NCBI RefSeq assembly: GCF_000009045.1
Contig: NC_000964.3
Span: forward strand, 2,910,001-2,942,000
Length of the DNA: 32,000 bases
Direction: 5' to 3'
DNA from: Bacillus subtilis subsp. subtilis str. 168
GTDB lineage: Bacteria > Bacillota > Bacilli > Bacillales > Bacillaceae
This document shows, in pieces, positions 1 to 8,645 of this stretch (its first letter is position 1; each line of letters opens with the position of its first letter). The notes beneath the pieces were generated by a model that saw only the letters and a program-made list of their open reading frames with translations, was not told the DNA's origin and made no database searches. Both the position numbers and the translations under genes were made by a program.

Positions 1-746
1 TTCTGTTCCATGGATGATTCCTCCTCAATTAATGTTCCCGCTTCGGTTTCTGTACTTGAACGCACTTCTAACGGCACTTGGTAATTTTTCGCGAACTCAA
101 CTGCTCTCGGATGAAGAACACCGGCGCCTAAATTGGCAAGCTCAAGCATTTCATCGTATGAGATGCCCTCAAGTTTTCTCGCTGATTTCACATAGCGCGG
201 ATCGGTTGTAAACACGCCTGGCACGTCTGTGTATATGTCACATTTATCAGCTTTTAAAGCGGCAGCCAAAGCAACTGCTGTTGTATCTGAACCGCCCCGG
301 CCCAATGTCGTAATTTCACAATCCTCTGTCATGCCTTGGAATCCTGCAACAATGACAATTTTTCCTTTTTCAAGCTGGTCTGCTAAAACCGAAGTGTCGA
401 TATCTGTAATTCTGGCGTTTCCGTGAATGGCCTCCGTACGGATTCCCGCCTGCCAGCCAGTATAAGACACAGCGTCATAGCCTTTTTCCTGCAATGCCAT
501 TGAAAGGAGTGAAATCGTGACCTGCTCGCCTGTCGCCAGCAGCATATCCATTTCGCGTTTGCTCGGCTGGTCAGAAATAGCTTTTGCAAGGCTGACCAAT
601 TCGTCAGTGGATTTTCCCATTGCTGAAACGACGACAACGACTTGATGGCCTTTCTGTTTTTCTGCAATTGCGCGGTTTGCCGCATTTTGAATTTTTTCGA
701 CTGAGCCGACGGAAGTGCCTCCGAATTTTTGTACAATAAGACCCAT
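1..746 (-). CDS. lysC: Aspartokinase II (lysine-sensitive), partial: C-terminal part runs off the window edge
   Basis: Minus-strand reading from ATG at 746 gives [51 protein letters not shown]..., with the aspartokinase KFGGTS and [13 protein letters not shown] motifs. A lysine riboswitch lies upstream. The ORF track missed it because it has no stop inside the window. Confidence 0.96.
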   Translation of the reverse strand, partial: MGLIVQKFGGTSVGSVEKIQNAANRAIAEKQKGHQVVVVVSAMGKSTDELVSLAKAISDQPSKREMDMLLATGEQVTISLLSMALQEKGYDAVSYTGWQAGIRTEAIHGNARITDIDTSVLADQLEKGKIVIVAGFQGMTEDCEITTLGRGGSDTTAVALAAALKADKCDIYTDVPGVFTTDPRYVKSARKLEGISYDEMLELANLGAGVLHPRAVEFAKNYQVPLEVRSSTETEAGTLIEEESSMEQ

Positions 747-807
747 GTATTACCACCCTTTACATTTTGGTTCGTGCGGGTGAGGAGAAAGAGCGCTTTG
801 TCCACAA

Positions 808-841
808 TAAAAAAAGCAATGAGAGGAATACTCTCATTGCT
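808..841 (-). terminator. Riboswitch-controlled intrinsic terminator ahead of lysC
   Basis: Perfect stem gcaatgagag/ctctcattgc (816-840) followed on the minus strand by a U tract, between the L-box and the lysC start. Confidence 0.92.
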
Positions 842-875
842 TATCAATTAATCATCATAAATGATTATGAACAAC

Positions 876-1046
876 GAGATAGCCCTCCAAGAAAATGATT
901 TCTTGACAGCCTTACATTTATTCAATGCACGGCCAGCAAATAATACCGATGGGGTTTTATTTGCTTCGGCGACGCTCCCCTTTCAGCCTTTTTCACAGAA
1001 TCCATCTTTCTCCAAAGGCATACTCTTGAAGTTCGCACCTCTATCT
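876..1046 (-). promoter_or_regulatory. Lysine riboswitch (L-box) aptamer upstream of lysC
   Basis: Reverse complement reads AGATAGAGGTGCGAACTTCAAGAGTATGCCTTTGGAGAAAGATGG...GGCTGAAAGGGGAGCGTCGCCGAAGC...GGTATTATTTGCTGGCCGTGCATTG...TGTCAAGAAATCATTTTCTTGGAGGGCTATCT. This has the L-box core AGAGGTGCG...AGGGGAGCGTCGCCGAAG and P1 closing AGATAG/CTATCT. Confidence 0.95.
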
Positions 1047-1084
1047 TCACCATATAACACGATCTAACTATGAAATTAGTTCAC

Positions 1085-1113
1085 ATTTTATCAGATCTTA
1101 TTTAAAAGGACAA
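1085..1113 (-). promoter_or_regulatory. Sigma-A type promoter for the lysC leader
   Basis: Minus strand: TTGTCC (1108-1113), 17 nt spacer, TAAAAT (1085-1090), directly upstream of the L-box and adjacent to the uvrC stop at 1116. Confidence 0.8.
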
Positions 1114-1115
1114 CA

Positions 1116-2888
1116 TTATTTTTGCAATTTGTCGTAAAGGAGCTGAGCCGCCGCTGCGGGAACACCGGCTTTTTTGATGTCCTCAAGGCTTGCTTCCTTC
1201 ATTTTTTTAACGGAACCGAAATGCTTTAACAGCATTTTCTTTCTTTTCTCTCCGATACCCGGGATGTCGTCCAAAACGGATTGAAACGCGCTTTTTCCCC
1301 GGATTTGCCTGTGAAAACTGATTGCAAAACGGTGCACCTCGTCCTGAATGCGCTGCAGGAGGTAAAATTCCTGGCTGTTTCGTTCCAGATACGCCACCTC
1401 CAGCGGATCACCGATCAGTAAATTTGAGGTTCTGTGTTTTTCATCTTTCGCTAAACCGGCGATCGGGATATCCAAGCCGAGTTCATTTTCAATGACATCC
1501 CTTGCTGCGTTGATCTGCCCTTTTCCTCCGTCAATGATAATCAGATCGGGCAGCGGCAGATTCTCACGAAGCACTCTCGTATAGCGTCTTCTGACAACCT
1601 CTCTCATAGAACCGTAATCATCCGGCCCTGTAACAGTTTTGATTTTATATTTGCGGTATTCCTTTTTGTATGGTTTGCCATCGATAAACACAATCATCGC
1701 GGAAACCGGGTTTGTCCCCTGTATATTTGAGTTATCAAACGCTTCAATTCTGTGCGGCGTATAAATATTTAATGCCTCACCTAGTTTCTGCACTGCCCCG
1801 ATTGAACGCTCCTCGTCCCGTTCGATTAAAGAGAATTTTTCTTTCAATGCGATTTTCGCATTTTTATGGGCAAGCATGAGCAGTTCTTTTTTCGGGCCTT
1901 TTTTCGGCTGGTGAACGTTTGTTTCCAGTAGCTGCTCGATCATAGATTGATCTATGCTGTCCGGAACTAAAATCTCCTTCGGAAGGAAGTGGTTGTTTTT
2001 TGAATAGAACTGCCCGATGAACGTGAGGAACTCTTCATCTGCTTCCTGATAAAGCGGGAACATGCTGACATCGCGTTCAATGAGCTTTCCTTGGCGGATG
2101 AAAAAGACCTGCACGCACATCCAGCCCTTATCGTACGCGTACGCGAACACATCACGGTCGACTAGATCGTTCATCGTCATTTTTTGTTTTTCCATCGTTG
2201 ATTCAATATGGGCAATTTGGTCACGAAGCTCTTTTGCTCGTTCAAACTCAAGATTCTCAGCAGCTTCATGCATTTTCTCTTCAAGCTCTTTTTTGACCTC
2301 ATTATAGCCGCCCCTTAAGAAACGTGTAATGCTTTCAACCAGCTCTCTGTTCGTCTCTTCGGAAATATCCTTTACACACGGAGCAAGGCATTGGCCCAGA
2401 TGATAGTAAAGGCACACTCTGTCCGGGAGCTTGGAGCATTTTCTGAGAGGATACAGACGGTCGAGCAGTTTTTTTGTTTCCCTTGCTGCCTGTACATTCG
2501 GATACGGCCCGAAATAGCGCCCTTTGTCTTTTTTGACATTGCGGGTGACAATCAGCCTTGGGTGGCGTTCATGGGTGAGTTTTATGAAAGGATAGGTTTT
2601 GTCGTCTTTGAGCATGACGTTGTATTTCGGATCATGCTTTTTGATCAGATTCATTTCTAAAATAAGCGCTTCAAGATTGGAGGACGTCACAATATATTCA
2701 AAATCCTCGATTTCCGTCACAAGCCTTTGGGTTTTCGCGTCGTGAGAACCGGTGAAGTAGGAGCGCACTCTGTTTTTCAGCACTTTTGCTTTCCCTACGT
2801 AGATCACAGTCTGCTGCCGGTCCTTCATGAGATAACAACCCGGTTGATCAGGAAGGAGGGCGAGTTTTTCTTTCAGTTGTTTGTTCAT
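1116..2888 (-). CDS. uvrC: Excinuclease ABC subunit C
   Basis: 590 aa [48 protein letters not shown] (GIY-YIG domain) and HhH C-terminus; conserved synteny with trxA and lysC. Confidence 0.97.
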   Translation of the reverse strand: MNKQLKEKLALLPDQPGCYLMKDRQQTVIYVGKAKVLKNRVRSYFTGSHDAKTQRLVTEIEDFEYIVTSSNLEALILEMNLIKKHDPKYNVMLKDDKTYPFIKLTHERHPRLIVTRNVKKDKGRYFGPYPNVQAARETKKLLDRLYPLRKCSKLPDRVCLYYHLGQCLAPCVKDISEETNRELVESITRFLRGGYNEVKKELEEKMHEAAENLEFERAKELRDQIAHIESTMEKQKMTMNDLVDRDVFAYAYDKGWMCVQVFFIRQGKLIERDVSMFPLYQEADEEFLTFIGQFYSKNNHFLPKEILVPDSIDQSMIEQLLETNVHQPKKGPKKELLMLAHKNAKIALKEKFSLIERDEERSIGAVQKLGEALNIYTPHRIEAFDNSNIQGTNPVSAMIVFIDGKPYKKEYRKYKIKTVTGPDDYGSMREVVRRRYTRVLRENLPLPDLIIIDGGKGQINAARDVIENELGLDIPIAGLAKDEKHRTSNLLIGDPLEVAYLERNSQEFYLLQRIQDEVHRFAISFHRQIRGKSAFQSVLDDIPGIGEKRKKMLLKHFGSVKKMKEASLEDIKKAGVPAAAAQLLYDKLQK

Positions 2889-2971
2889 ATGTTACCCTTC
2901 CTTATGTTTAATCCTTTATTTCCAGTTTAACACGAACGTTTGTTTTTCTCTATGGTTCACAATTGGCGAAT

Positions 2972-3000
2972 AAAAAAAGCGATCCCTCAATCGGAATCGC
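2972..3000 (-). terminator. Intrinsic terminator after trxA
   Basis: Stem from GCGATTCC...GGGATCGC on the minus strand followed by TTTTTTTA (plus: taaaaaaagcgatccctcaatcggaatcgc). Confidence 0.85.
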
Positions 3001-3023
3001 TCTGGCATGTAAGCAGCGGAAAA

Positions 3024-3338
3024 TTAAAGATGTTTGTTTACAAGCTCTTGAAGCGCTTCTTTTGGTTTGAAGCCGACTGAAGTTTCAACTACTTCGCCGT
3101 CTTTTAACACAAGAAGAGTCGGGATGCTCATAACGCCGTATTTTCCGGCAGTTTCTTGGTTTTCGTCTACATCGATTTTTACGATTTTCAGTTTGTCTCC
3201 CATTTCTTGATCCAATTCTTCAAGAACAGGTGCAATCATTTTACAAGGTCCGCACCAAGGAGCCCAGAAGTCTGCCAGTACGACGCCTTCGCTTGTTTCA
3301 GCTGAGAAAGATTGATCAGTTGCTTTTACGATAGCCAT
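3024..3338 (-). CDS. trxA: Thioredoxin
   Basis: 104 aa from [34 protein letters not shown]..., WCGPC active site. The ORF track start is 17 codons too early; AGGAG-like RBS near 3349 supports MAIVKA. Confidence 0.97.
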
Positions 3339-3482
3339 TATTGAATTCCTCCAATGTGAAATGATGATTTTTAGTATAGCATCTCCCATTCGTTCACGCT
3401 ATTTTAATGCTTACAAATTATTTTTTCCTGATCACAGCCGGTTTACTCATTTTTATATGGTTGAATGGGATATGCTCTTTTT

Positions 3483-3554
3483 TTAAAACACAAATCTGAT
3501 AATGGCCCCGATCACTACAATTGCCCCAATAATCATTAAAATGGTACGAAGCAT
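3483..3554 (-). CDS. Candidate 23 aa hydrophobic (membrane) microprotein MLRTILMIIGAIVVIGAIIRFVF
   Basis: ATG preceded by AAGAGGAGATGTGATCTT (GAGGAG about 10 nt upstream); single TM-like segment; sits between the xsa terminator and the trxA promoter region. The 63 aa track ORF at 3483..3674 contains it in frame. Confidence 0.5.
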   Translation of the reverse strand: MLRTILMIIGAIVVIGAIIRFVF

Positions 3555-3620
3555 AAGATCACATCTCCTCTTCACTGTCATGTACTTTACCATGCCCTGC
3601 CGGAGCTGTTTTAAAACCTG

Positions 3621-3654
3621 AAAAAGAGCGCCGGCATGAAGCTCCGGCGCTCTT
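3621..3654 (-). terminator. Intrinsic terminator after xsa
   Basis: Inverted repeat aagagcgccgg...ctccggcgctctt, followed on the minus strand by a short T tract. Confidence 0.8.
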
Positions 3655-3660
3655 GCGCGA

Positions 3661-5148
3661 TTAAGAATCAGCACGCAGCGTAAGTAAGACGACTGACATT
3701 GGCGGGAGTTTTACTTTCAGTTTGTTTTTGCTGAGCGTGTATTGTCTGAAGGATTCCGGTTTGACATGATGAGGATCGTCAAACGTGTTATGCGCATTCA
3801 TTTTTTCTGCCGTAAGAATGACTCCGGAATGGTCCGCTGCCTTGTGTAGGCCCCTCAGCTCGATTTCCGCCTCTGCTTTGTTTTGGTGATCGATGTTGCA
3901 AATTGTGATATTGATATCGCCTTCAGCTTGTTTCGACGCTGAAATGCTGATTTGCGGAAGCGTTTCACCGTTCCATTCATAGTCGGCAGACATTGTCTCT
4001 GTGGCTAAAAGAGAAGCGTCCTGGTGCACCTTAAACATATTGAATACATGGTACGTCGGTGTCAAAAGCATCCGCTCTCCCTCAGTCAAAATCATCGCTT
4101 GAAGAACATTTACTGTTTGGGCGATGTTGGCCATTTGCACCCGGCGGCAATGCTGATGGAAAATGTGGAAATGAGAAGCCGCCACCAGTGCATCACGAAT
4201 GGTGTTTTGCTGATATAAGAAACCGGGATTCGTGCCTGGCTCGGGATCAAACCACGTGCCCCATTCATCAATAATCAGCCCGACCCGCTGCTCCGGATCG
4301 TACCGGTCCATAATCGTGCCGTGTTTTTGAATCAATTCATCGATGTATTTGGCTTTTTTCATCGTAATAAACCATTCATCTTCCGTGAATTCTGTGGCTG
4401 ATCCTTTGCCCTTCCAGAAATCCCCCGGAATCGTGTAATAATGAAGACTCAACCCGTCCATCAGGCCAGCGGCTTTTTTCATAAGCACGTCCGTCCAATT
4501 AAAATCATCCACATTTGCGCCGCCTGCAATTTTATAAATGTCATTCCCGCTGTAATTGCGGACATAAGTCTGAAAACGCCGGTACAGATCTGCGTAGTAT
4601 TCGGGATGCATGTTGCCGCCGCAGCCCCAGTTTTCATTGCCCACGCCGAAATATTTCAGCTTCCAAGGCTCTTCTCTTCCATTTTGCTTTCTCCAGTCTG
4701 ACATCGGCGTGCCTTCTTCAAATGTCATATACTCAATCCACTCCGACATTTCCTGAACGGTTCCGCTTCCGACATTGCCGCAAATATATGGCTCGCATTC
4801 AAGCAGCTCGCAAAGCATCATAAATTCATGCGTTCCGAATTCATTTGATTCAATTGTACCGCCCCAGTGAGTGTTCAGCATTGTCTTACGGTCACCGACA
4901 CCGTTTGCCCAATGGTATTCGTCCGCAAAACACCCGCCCGGCCACCTAAGGACAGGAATGTGCAGCTGTTTGAGCGCCTCCAGCACGTCCTTTCGTATCC
5001 CGTTGATATTGGGGATGTCTGAGTCCGTTCCGACCCAGATCCCCTCATAAATCCCTCTTCCTAAATGCTCAGCAAAATGACCGTATATATTTTTGTTAAT
5101 GGTTCCTTTTGCGATATCTGTTTGAATCACTGCTTGATGTTCAGACAT
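3661..5148 (-). CDS. xsa: Alpha-L-arabinofuranosidase, GH51 family
   Basis: Contains [28 protein letters not shown] and IIDEWGTWF. About 34% or lower apparent resemblance to abfA at 28330, not computed. Start [11 protein letters not shown] preferred by synteny knowledge; the track start is 7 codons upstream. Confidence 0.93.
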
Positions 5149-5233
5149 GCCTCTGATCATTCCTTTCATACGGATATGAAAAGCACCACAGTCAAATATG
5201 TGATCTGTCGTTTGCCTGAGGAGTCAGCATGAA

Positions 5234-5247
5234 TGTAAGCGCTTTTA
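5234..5247. promoter_or_regulatory. cre-like (CcpA) site upstream of xsa
   Basis: TGTAAGCGCTTTTA, with the TGNAANCGN core; lies at about the transcription start of the predicted xsa promoter. Confidence 0.65.
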
Positions 5248-5252
5248 AAGTA

Positions 5253-5281
5253 ACCATATTATATATGTTCGTACATGTCAA
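5253..5281 (-). promoter_or_regulatory. Predicted xsa promoter
   Basis: Minus strand: TTGACA (5276-5281), 17 nt spacer, TATGGT (5253-5258). The AT-rich TATATAATAT region makes the exact -10 ambiguous. Confidence 0.6.
5263..5278. promoter_or_regulatory. AraR-type operator box 1
   Basis: ATATGTTCGTACATGT, a palindromic match to the AraR-type core NTGTNCGTACANNT; overlaps the predicted -35/spacer. Confidence 0.75.
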
Positions 5282-5303
5282 CGACATTTTCTATTGTTTT
5301 TAT

Positions 5304-5319
5304 ATTTGTACGTATGTAT
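5304..5319. promoter_or_regulatory. AraR-type operator box 2
   Basis: ATTTGTACGTATGTAT; dyad centre about 41 bp from box 1, so both are on the same helical face. Confidence 0.75.
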
Positions 5320-5330
5320 TTATAAATATG

Positions 5331-5357
5331 AAAAAACCCGGACTTTTAAAGTCCGGG
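5331..5357 (-). terminator. Intrinsic terminator after etfA
   Basis: Stem cccggactt/aagtccggg (5337-5357) followed on the minus strand by six T. Confidence 0.9.
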
Positions 5358-5364
5358 ATTTCCT

Positions 5365-6342
5365 TTATGAGTGTATATTCAGCTGTTTGAATTCCTCAGT
5401 TAATAACGGGACAACTTCAAATAAATCACCGACGATGCCGTAATCCGCTATTTTAAAGATATCGGCTTCGGGGTCTTTATTGATGGCGACGATCACCTTG
5501 CTGTTTGACATGCCGGCCAAATGCTGGATGGCGCCGGAAATGCCGCATGCAATGTACAAATCCGGAGTAACGACTTTCCCGGTCTGCCCGATTTGGAGAG
5601 CATAATCGCAATAATCAGCGTCACATGCCCCGCGAGAAGCCCCGACTGCGGCCCCTAGCACCTCTGCAAGCTCCTGCAGCGGCTGAAATCCTTCCTTGCT
5701 TTTGACTCCTCGGCCGCCCGCAACGATAATTTTCGCTTCGGAGAGATCAACACCGTCCGCCGTTTTTTTCACGACCTCTTGGATAACAGTGCGGAGGTCA
5801 GTAAGAGAAACATCAATGCTTTCGATGCTCCCCGATCTGCTGGTGTCTTTTTCTGAAGCTTGAATGTTATTGGGGCGAATTGTTGCAAAGATCATCGGAT
5901 CGGTTGAAATGACGCGTTCAAAAGCTTTCCCCGAGTAAATCGGCCGTGTGAACACAACATTCCCTCCGGTAACGCTTACATCTATAGCATCAGAAATTAA
6001 GCCTGTTTGCAGACGGGCAGCAAGCTTCGGTGAAAGATCCTTGCCCATTGCCGTATGCCCGAAGATGACTGAATCAGGATTTTCTTGCTCGATAACACCT
6101 CTCATGACCTGGCTGTACCCGTCTGCCGTGTATGTTTTCAGCTTCGGGTCCTCAGCGGTAAGAACTTTATCTGCTCCGTAATGAATAAGCTCTTGTGCAA
6201 TGCTTTGTACATTTTCACCGATGAGAACACCGATGACTTCCCCATCTCCTGAAATGGTTCTTCCTGCAGCTATTGCTTCAAAGGTGACATTTCGCAATTC
6301 CCCATCGCGTATTTCTCCAAGCACGATCACTTTTTTTCCCAT
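5365..6342 (-). CDS. etfA: Electron transfer flavoprotein alpha subunit
   Basis: 325 aa, [18 protein letters not shown]...; C-terminal [35 protein letters not shown] is the ETF-alpha FAD motif. Confidence 0.96.
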
Positions 6343-6377
6343 TCTAACATCCCCCTGTTTCTTTGAATGTCCAAGTT

Positions 6378-7151
6378 TTAAATGACTTTAGCTTCGCTGC
6401 GGAGCAATGAAACAAGCTCTTTTGCCTGTTCAGCAGGCTCACCTTGGAGAAGCTTCCCGGCTTCTTTTTTCGGCGGCAGAAAACGTTCAATGGTTTTCAG
6501 CTTTGGTTCAGCATCCTCTTCGTCCAGATCAAGATCATCAAGTTCAAGCTCTTCAAGCGGCTTTTTCTTAGCCTTCATAATTCCCGGAAGCGATGGATAG
6601 CGCGGCTCGTTTAAGCCCTGCTGAGCTGTGACAAGCAATGGGAGCGTCGTTTTGATTTTTTCAACATCCCCTTCGACGTCCCTTTCTGCTTCTGCATCAG
6701 TGCCGTTGATTTCGAGTTTGGTGATCGTAGTGATACACGGAATGTCCAGTAGCTCGGCAAGCCGAGGCGCCACTTGTCCTGATCCTCCGTCAATGGCAAC
6801 ATTTCCGCCGAGAATCAAATCAAACTCCTGATCCTTCATATAGTGGTATAAAACTTGAGAAATGGAATATTGGTCGGGTTCATCAAGATCATCTTCTATG
6901 TTGATTAAAACAGCTTGGTCACAACCCATGGCAAGCGCCGTACGCAATTCTTTCTCCGCTTCTTCACCGCCGACCGTGACAGCGGTGATCGTGCCGCCAT
7001 GCTTTTCCTTCAGCTGGATGGCTTCTTCTATCGCGTACTCATCATATGGATTAATGATCCATTCCGCTCCGTCATCCTGAATCTTTCCTGTTTCAATGAC
7101 GATTTTTTCTTCTGTGTCAAACGTCCGTTTCATCAGTACAAATAGATTCAT
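6378..7151 (-). CDS. etfB: Electron transfer flavoprotein beta subunit
   Basis: 257 aa from MNLFVLMKRTFDTEEKI; the track start is 2 codons upstream; ETF-beta pattern VGGEEAEKELRTALAMGCDQAV. Confidence 0.95.
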   Translation of the reverse strand: MNLFVLMKRTFDTEEKIVIETGKIQDDGAEWIINPYDEYAIEEAIQLKEKHGGTITAVTVGGEEAEKELRTALAMGCDQAVLINIEDDLDEPDQYSISQVLYHYMKDQEFDLILGGNVAIDGGSGQVAPRLAELLDIPCITTITKLEINGTDAEAERDVEGDVEKIKTTLPLLVTAQQGLNEPRYPSLPGIMKAKKKPLEELELDDLDLDEEDAEPKLKTIERFLPPKKEAGKLLQGEPAEQAKELVSLLRSEAKVI

Positions 7152-7165
7152 GATCATATCCCCTT

Positions 7166-7942
7166 TTATTCGCCTTTGAACTGAGGCTTTCTTTTTTCGA
7201 GAAATGCCTGGATGCCTTCCTTGGCGTCCTCTGACTCAAATGCTTCCCCAAATCGCTTTGCTTCAAGCTTTAAGCTGCCTTCATAGGAATACACCTTGTT
7301 GGAATAAAGAAGTTCAAGCAAAGATGCCAGCGTTTGCGGGCTTTTCTCTGCAAACTTAGCGGCAAGTGCTTTTGCTTTTTCAATCACTTCTGCCTCATCT
7401 TTCGCTCCAATTGAGACAAGTCCGAGATCAAGCGCTTCTTTTCCGGATATCGGTTCTCCTGATCCGATGAGCTCCAGTGCTTTGGCTGTACCGACATATC
7501 TCGGAAGGCGCTGTGTCCCCGCAAAACCTGGAATGATACCGAGATTAAGCTCCGGGAGCCCCAGCTTAGCATCTTCTGCCGCGATTCTGATGTGACAGGC
7601 CATTGCAAGCTCCAGCCCGCCTCCGAGAGCAGCGCCGTGAATCGCTGCGATAATCGGTTTTGGAAAACTTTCGATTCTCTCCATTAACTGCTGGCCGCGC
7701 TCAGCGAGCAATGAGGAATCCTCATTGCCTTTAAGCGATGTAAATTCTTTAATATCAGCGCCGGCTGAGAAAAATCTTCCCTCGCCGTGAATGATAATGC
7801 TTCGTACGCCTGCATCTGTCTCACATTGATCAAGACAGGAAGACAGCTCTTCTAATATCCGGCTTGAAAGCGCGTTTGCCGGCGGATTGTGAATCGTCAA
7901 GACTGCCACAAATTGATCAACCGCAAGTGAAATTGCATTCAT
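7166..7942 (-). CDS. fadB: Enoyl-CoA hydratase/isomerase family protein
   Basis: 258 aa with IIHGEGRFFSAGADIKEF and AAIHGAALGGGLELAMACHIRIAAEDAKLGLPELNLGIIPGFAGTQRLPR crotonase signatures. Confidence 0.95.
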   Translation of the reverse strand: MNAISLAVDQFVAVLTIHNPPANALSSRILEELSSCLDQCETDAGVRSIIIHGEGRFFSAGADIKEFTSLKGNEDSSLLAERGQQLMERIESFPKPIIAAIHGAALGGGLELAMACHIRIAAEDAKLGLPELNLGIIPGFAGTQRLPRYVGTAKALELIGSGEPISGKEALDLGLVSIGAKDEAEVIEKAKALAAKFAEKSPQTLASLLELLYSNKVYSYEGSLKLEAKRFGEAFESEDAKEGIQAFLEKRKPQFKGE

Positions 7943-7956
7943 AGGACAGAACTCCT

Positions 7957-8541
7957 TTACTTATTGTGAATTCCGGATACCAATAATTCTAAAACGCTGT
8001 TTGAAAGCGCAACGAGATCGTACTTTTGGTCATTCATCACCCAAGTTGTCACAGTTTCGTCAATCGTTCCAAAAATCATCTGCCGGGCGAGGCGGACATC
8101 GAGGCCTTCTTTTATTTCGCCTGATTGTATACCTTCCGTCAAAATGCCATCCAAAATATTTAAGTAGCCTTTTAATATTTCGTTGATTTTTTGGCGCAGC
8201 TCCAAGTTGGATTGGCGGAGCTCAAGCTGCGTGACAATGGCGAGATTATGGTCACCCGCTAAAAGGGAAAAATGCTTTGAAATCACAAGCGCCAATTTCT
8301 CTTTCGCTGTTGCTTTTTCTTTAATGTCCTCTTCCATCCGCTCAATAAATTGACCCATTTTTTCTTTGAAAAGAGAAATTAAAATATCTTCTTTGTTTTT
8401 AAAATAGAGATAGATGGTGCCGTCCGCTACCCCGGCTTGTTTGGCAATTTTGGATACCTGTGACTGGTGGTAGCCGTTTTCTGCAATGACTTCTACTGCT
8501 GCATCAATAATCTGCATATACTTTGGCCGTTTTTGCTTCAA
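7957..8541 (-). CDS. fadR: TetR-family fatty acid degradation regulator
   Basis: 194 aa; N-terminal HTH IIDAAVEVIAENGYHQSQVSKIAKQAGVADGTIYLYFKNKEDIL; located in the lcfA-fadR-fadB-etfBA cluster. Confidence 0.94.
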   Translation of the reverse strand: MKQKRPKYMQIIDAAVEVIAENGYHQSQVSKIAKQAGVADGTIYLYFKNKEDILISLFKEKMGQFIERMEEDIKEKATAKEKLALVISKHFSLLAGDHNLAIVTQLELRQSNLELRQKINEILKGYLNILDGILTEGIQSGEIKEGLDVRLARQMIFGTIDETVTTWVMNDQKYDLVALSNSVLELLVSGIHNK

Positions 8542-8566
8542 TGTTCATCGTTCCTTCCTATAGAAA

Positions 8567-8584
8567 TGAATGACTATTCATTCA
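8567..8584. promoter_or_regulatory. FadR-type operator upstream of fadR
   Basis: TGAATGACTATTCATTCA, a near-palindrome matching the known B. subtilis FadR box style (tgaatganta-tcattca). Confidence 0.85.
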
Positions 8585-8591
8585 TAATTTC

Positions 8592-8620
8592 ATGATAAGA
8601 AGGATTTTCAGGTTTGTCAA
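8592..8620 (-). promoter_or_regulatory. Sigma-A type promoter internal to the lcfA-fadR-fadB-etfBA cluster
   Basis: Minus strand: TTGACA (8615-8620), 17 nt spacer, TATCAT (8592-8597); FadR-type palindrome immediately downstream. Confidence 0.8.
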
Positions 8621-8645
8621 GTTTATTCATAGGCGTTCTCTTTTT

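Noticed and set aside
383-847. 154 aa minus-strand ORF in the track over the lysC start
   Set aside because: It is in a different frame from the real lysC reading ([13 protein letters not shown]... from 746); composition is typical of a shifted frame and it crosses the riboswitch terminator.
861-1067. 68 aa plus-strand ORF
   Set aside because: Lies antisense to the lysine riboswitch; no RBS or family resemblance.
2062-2660. Plus-strand ORFs (81 aa, 89 aa) inside uvrC
   Set aside because: Antisense mirror ORFs within a conserved gene; no independent signals.
3483-3674. 63 aa version of the small ORF upstream of trxA
   Set aside because: The extension crosses the xsa terminator hairpin; the internal ATG at 3554 with GAGGAG is the better start.
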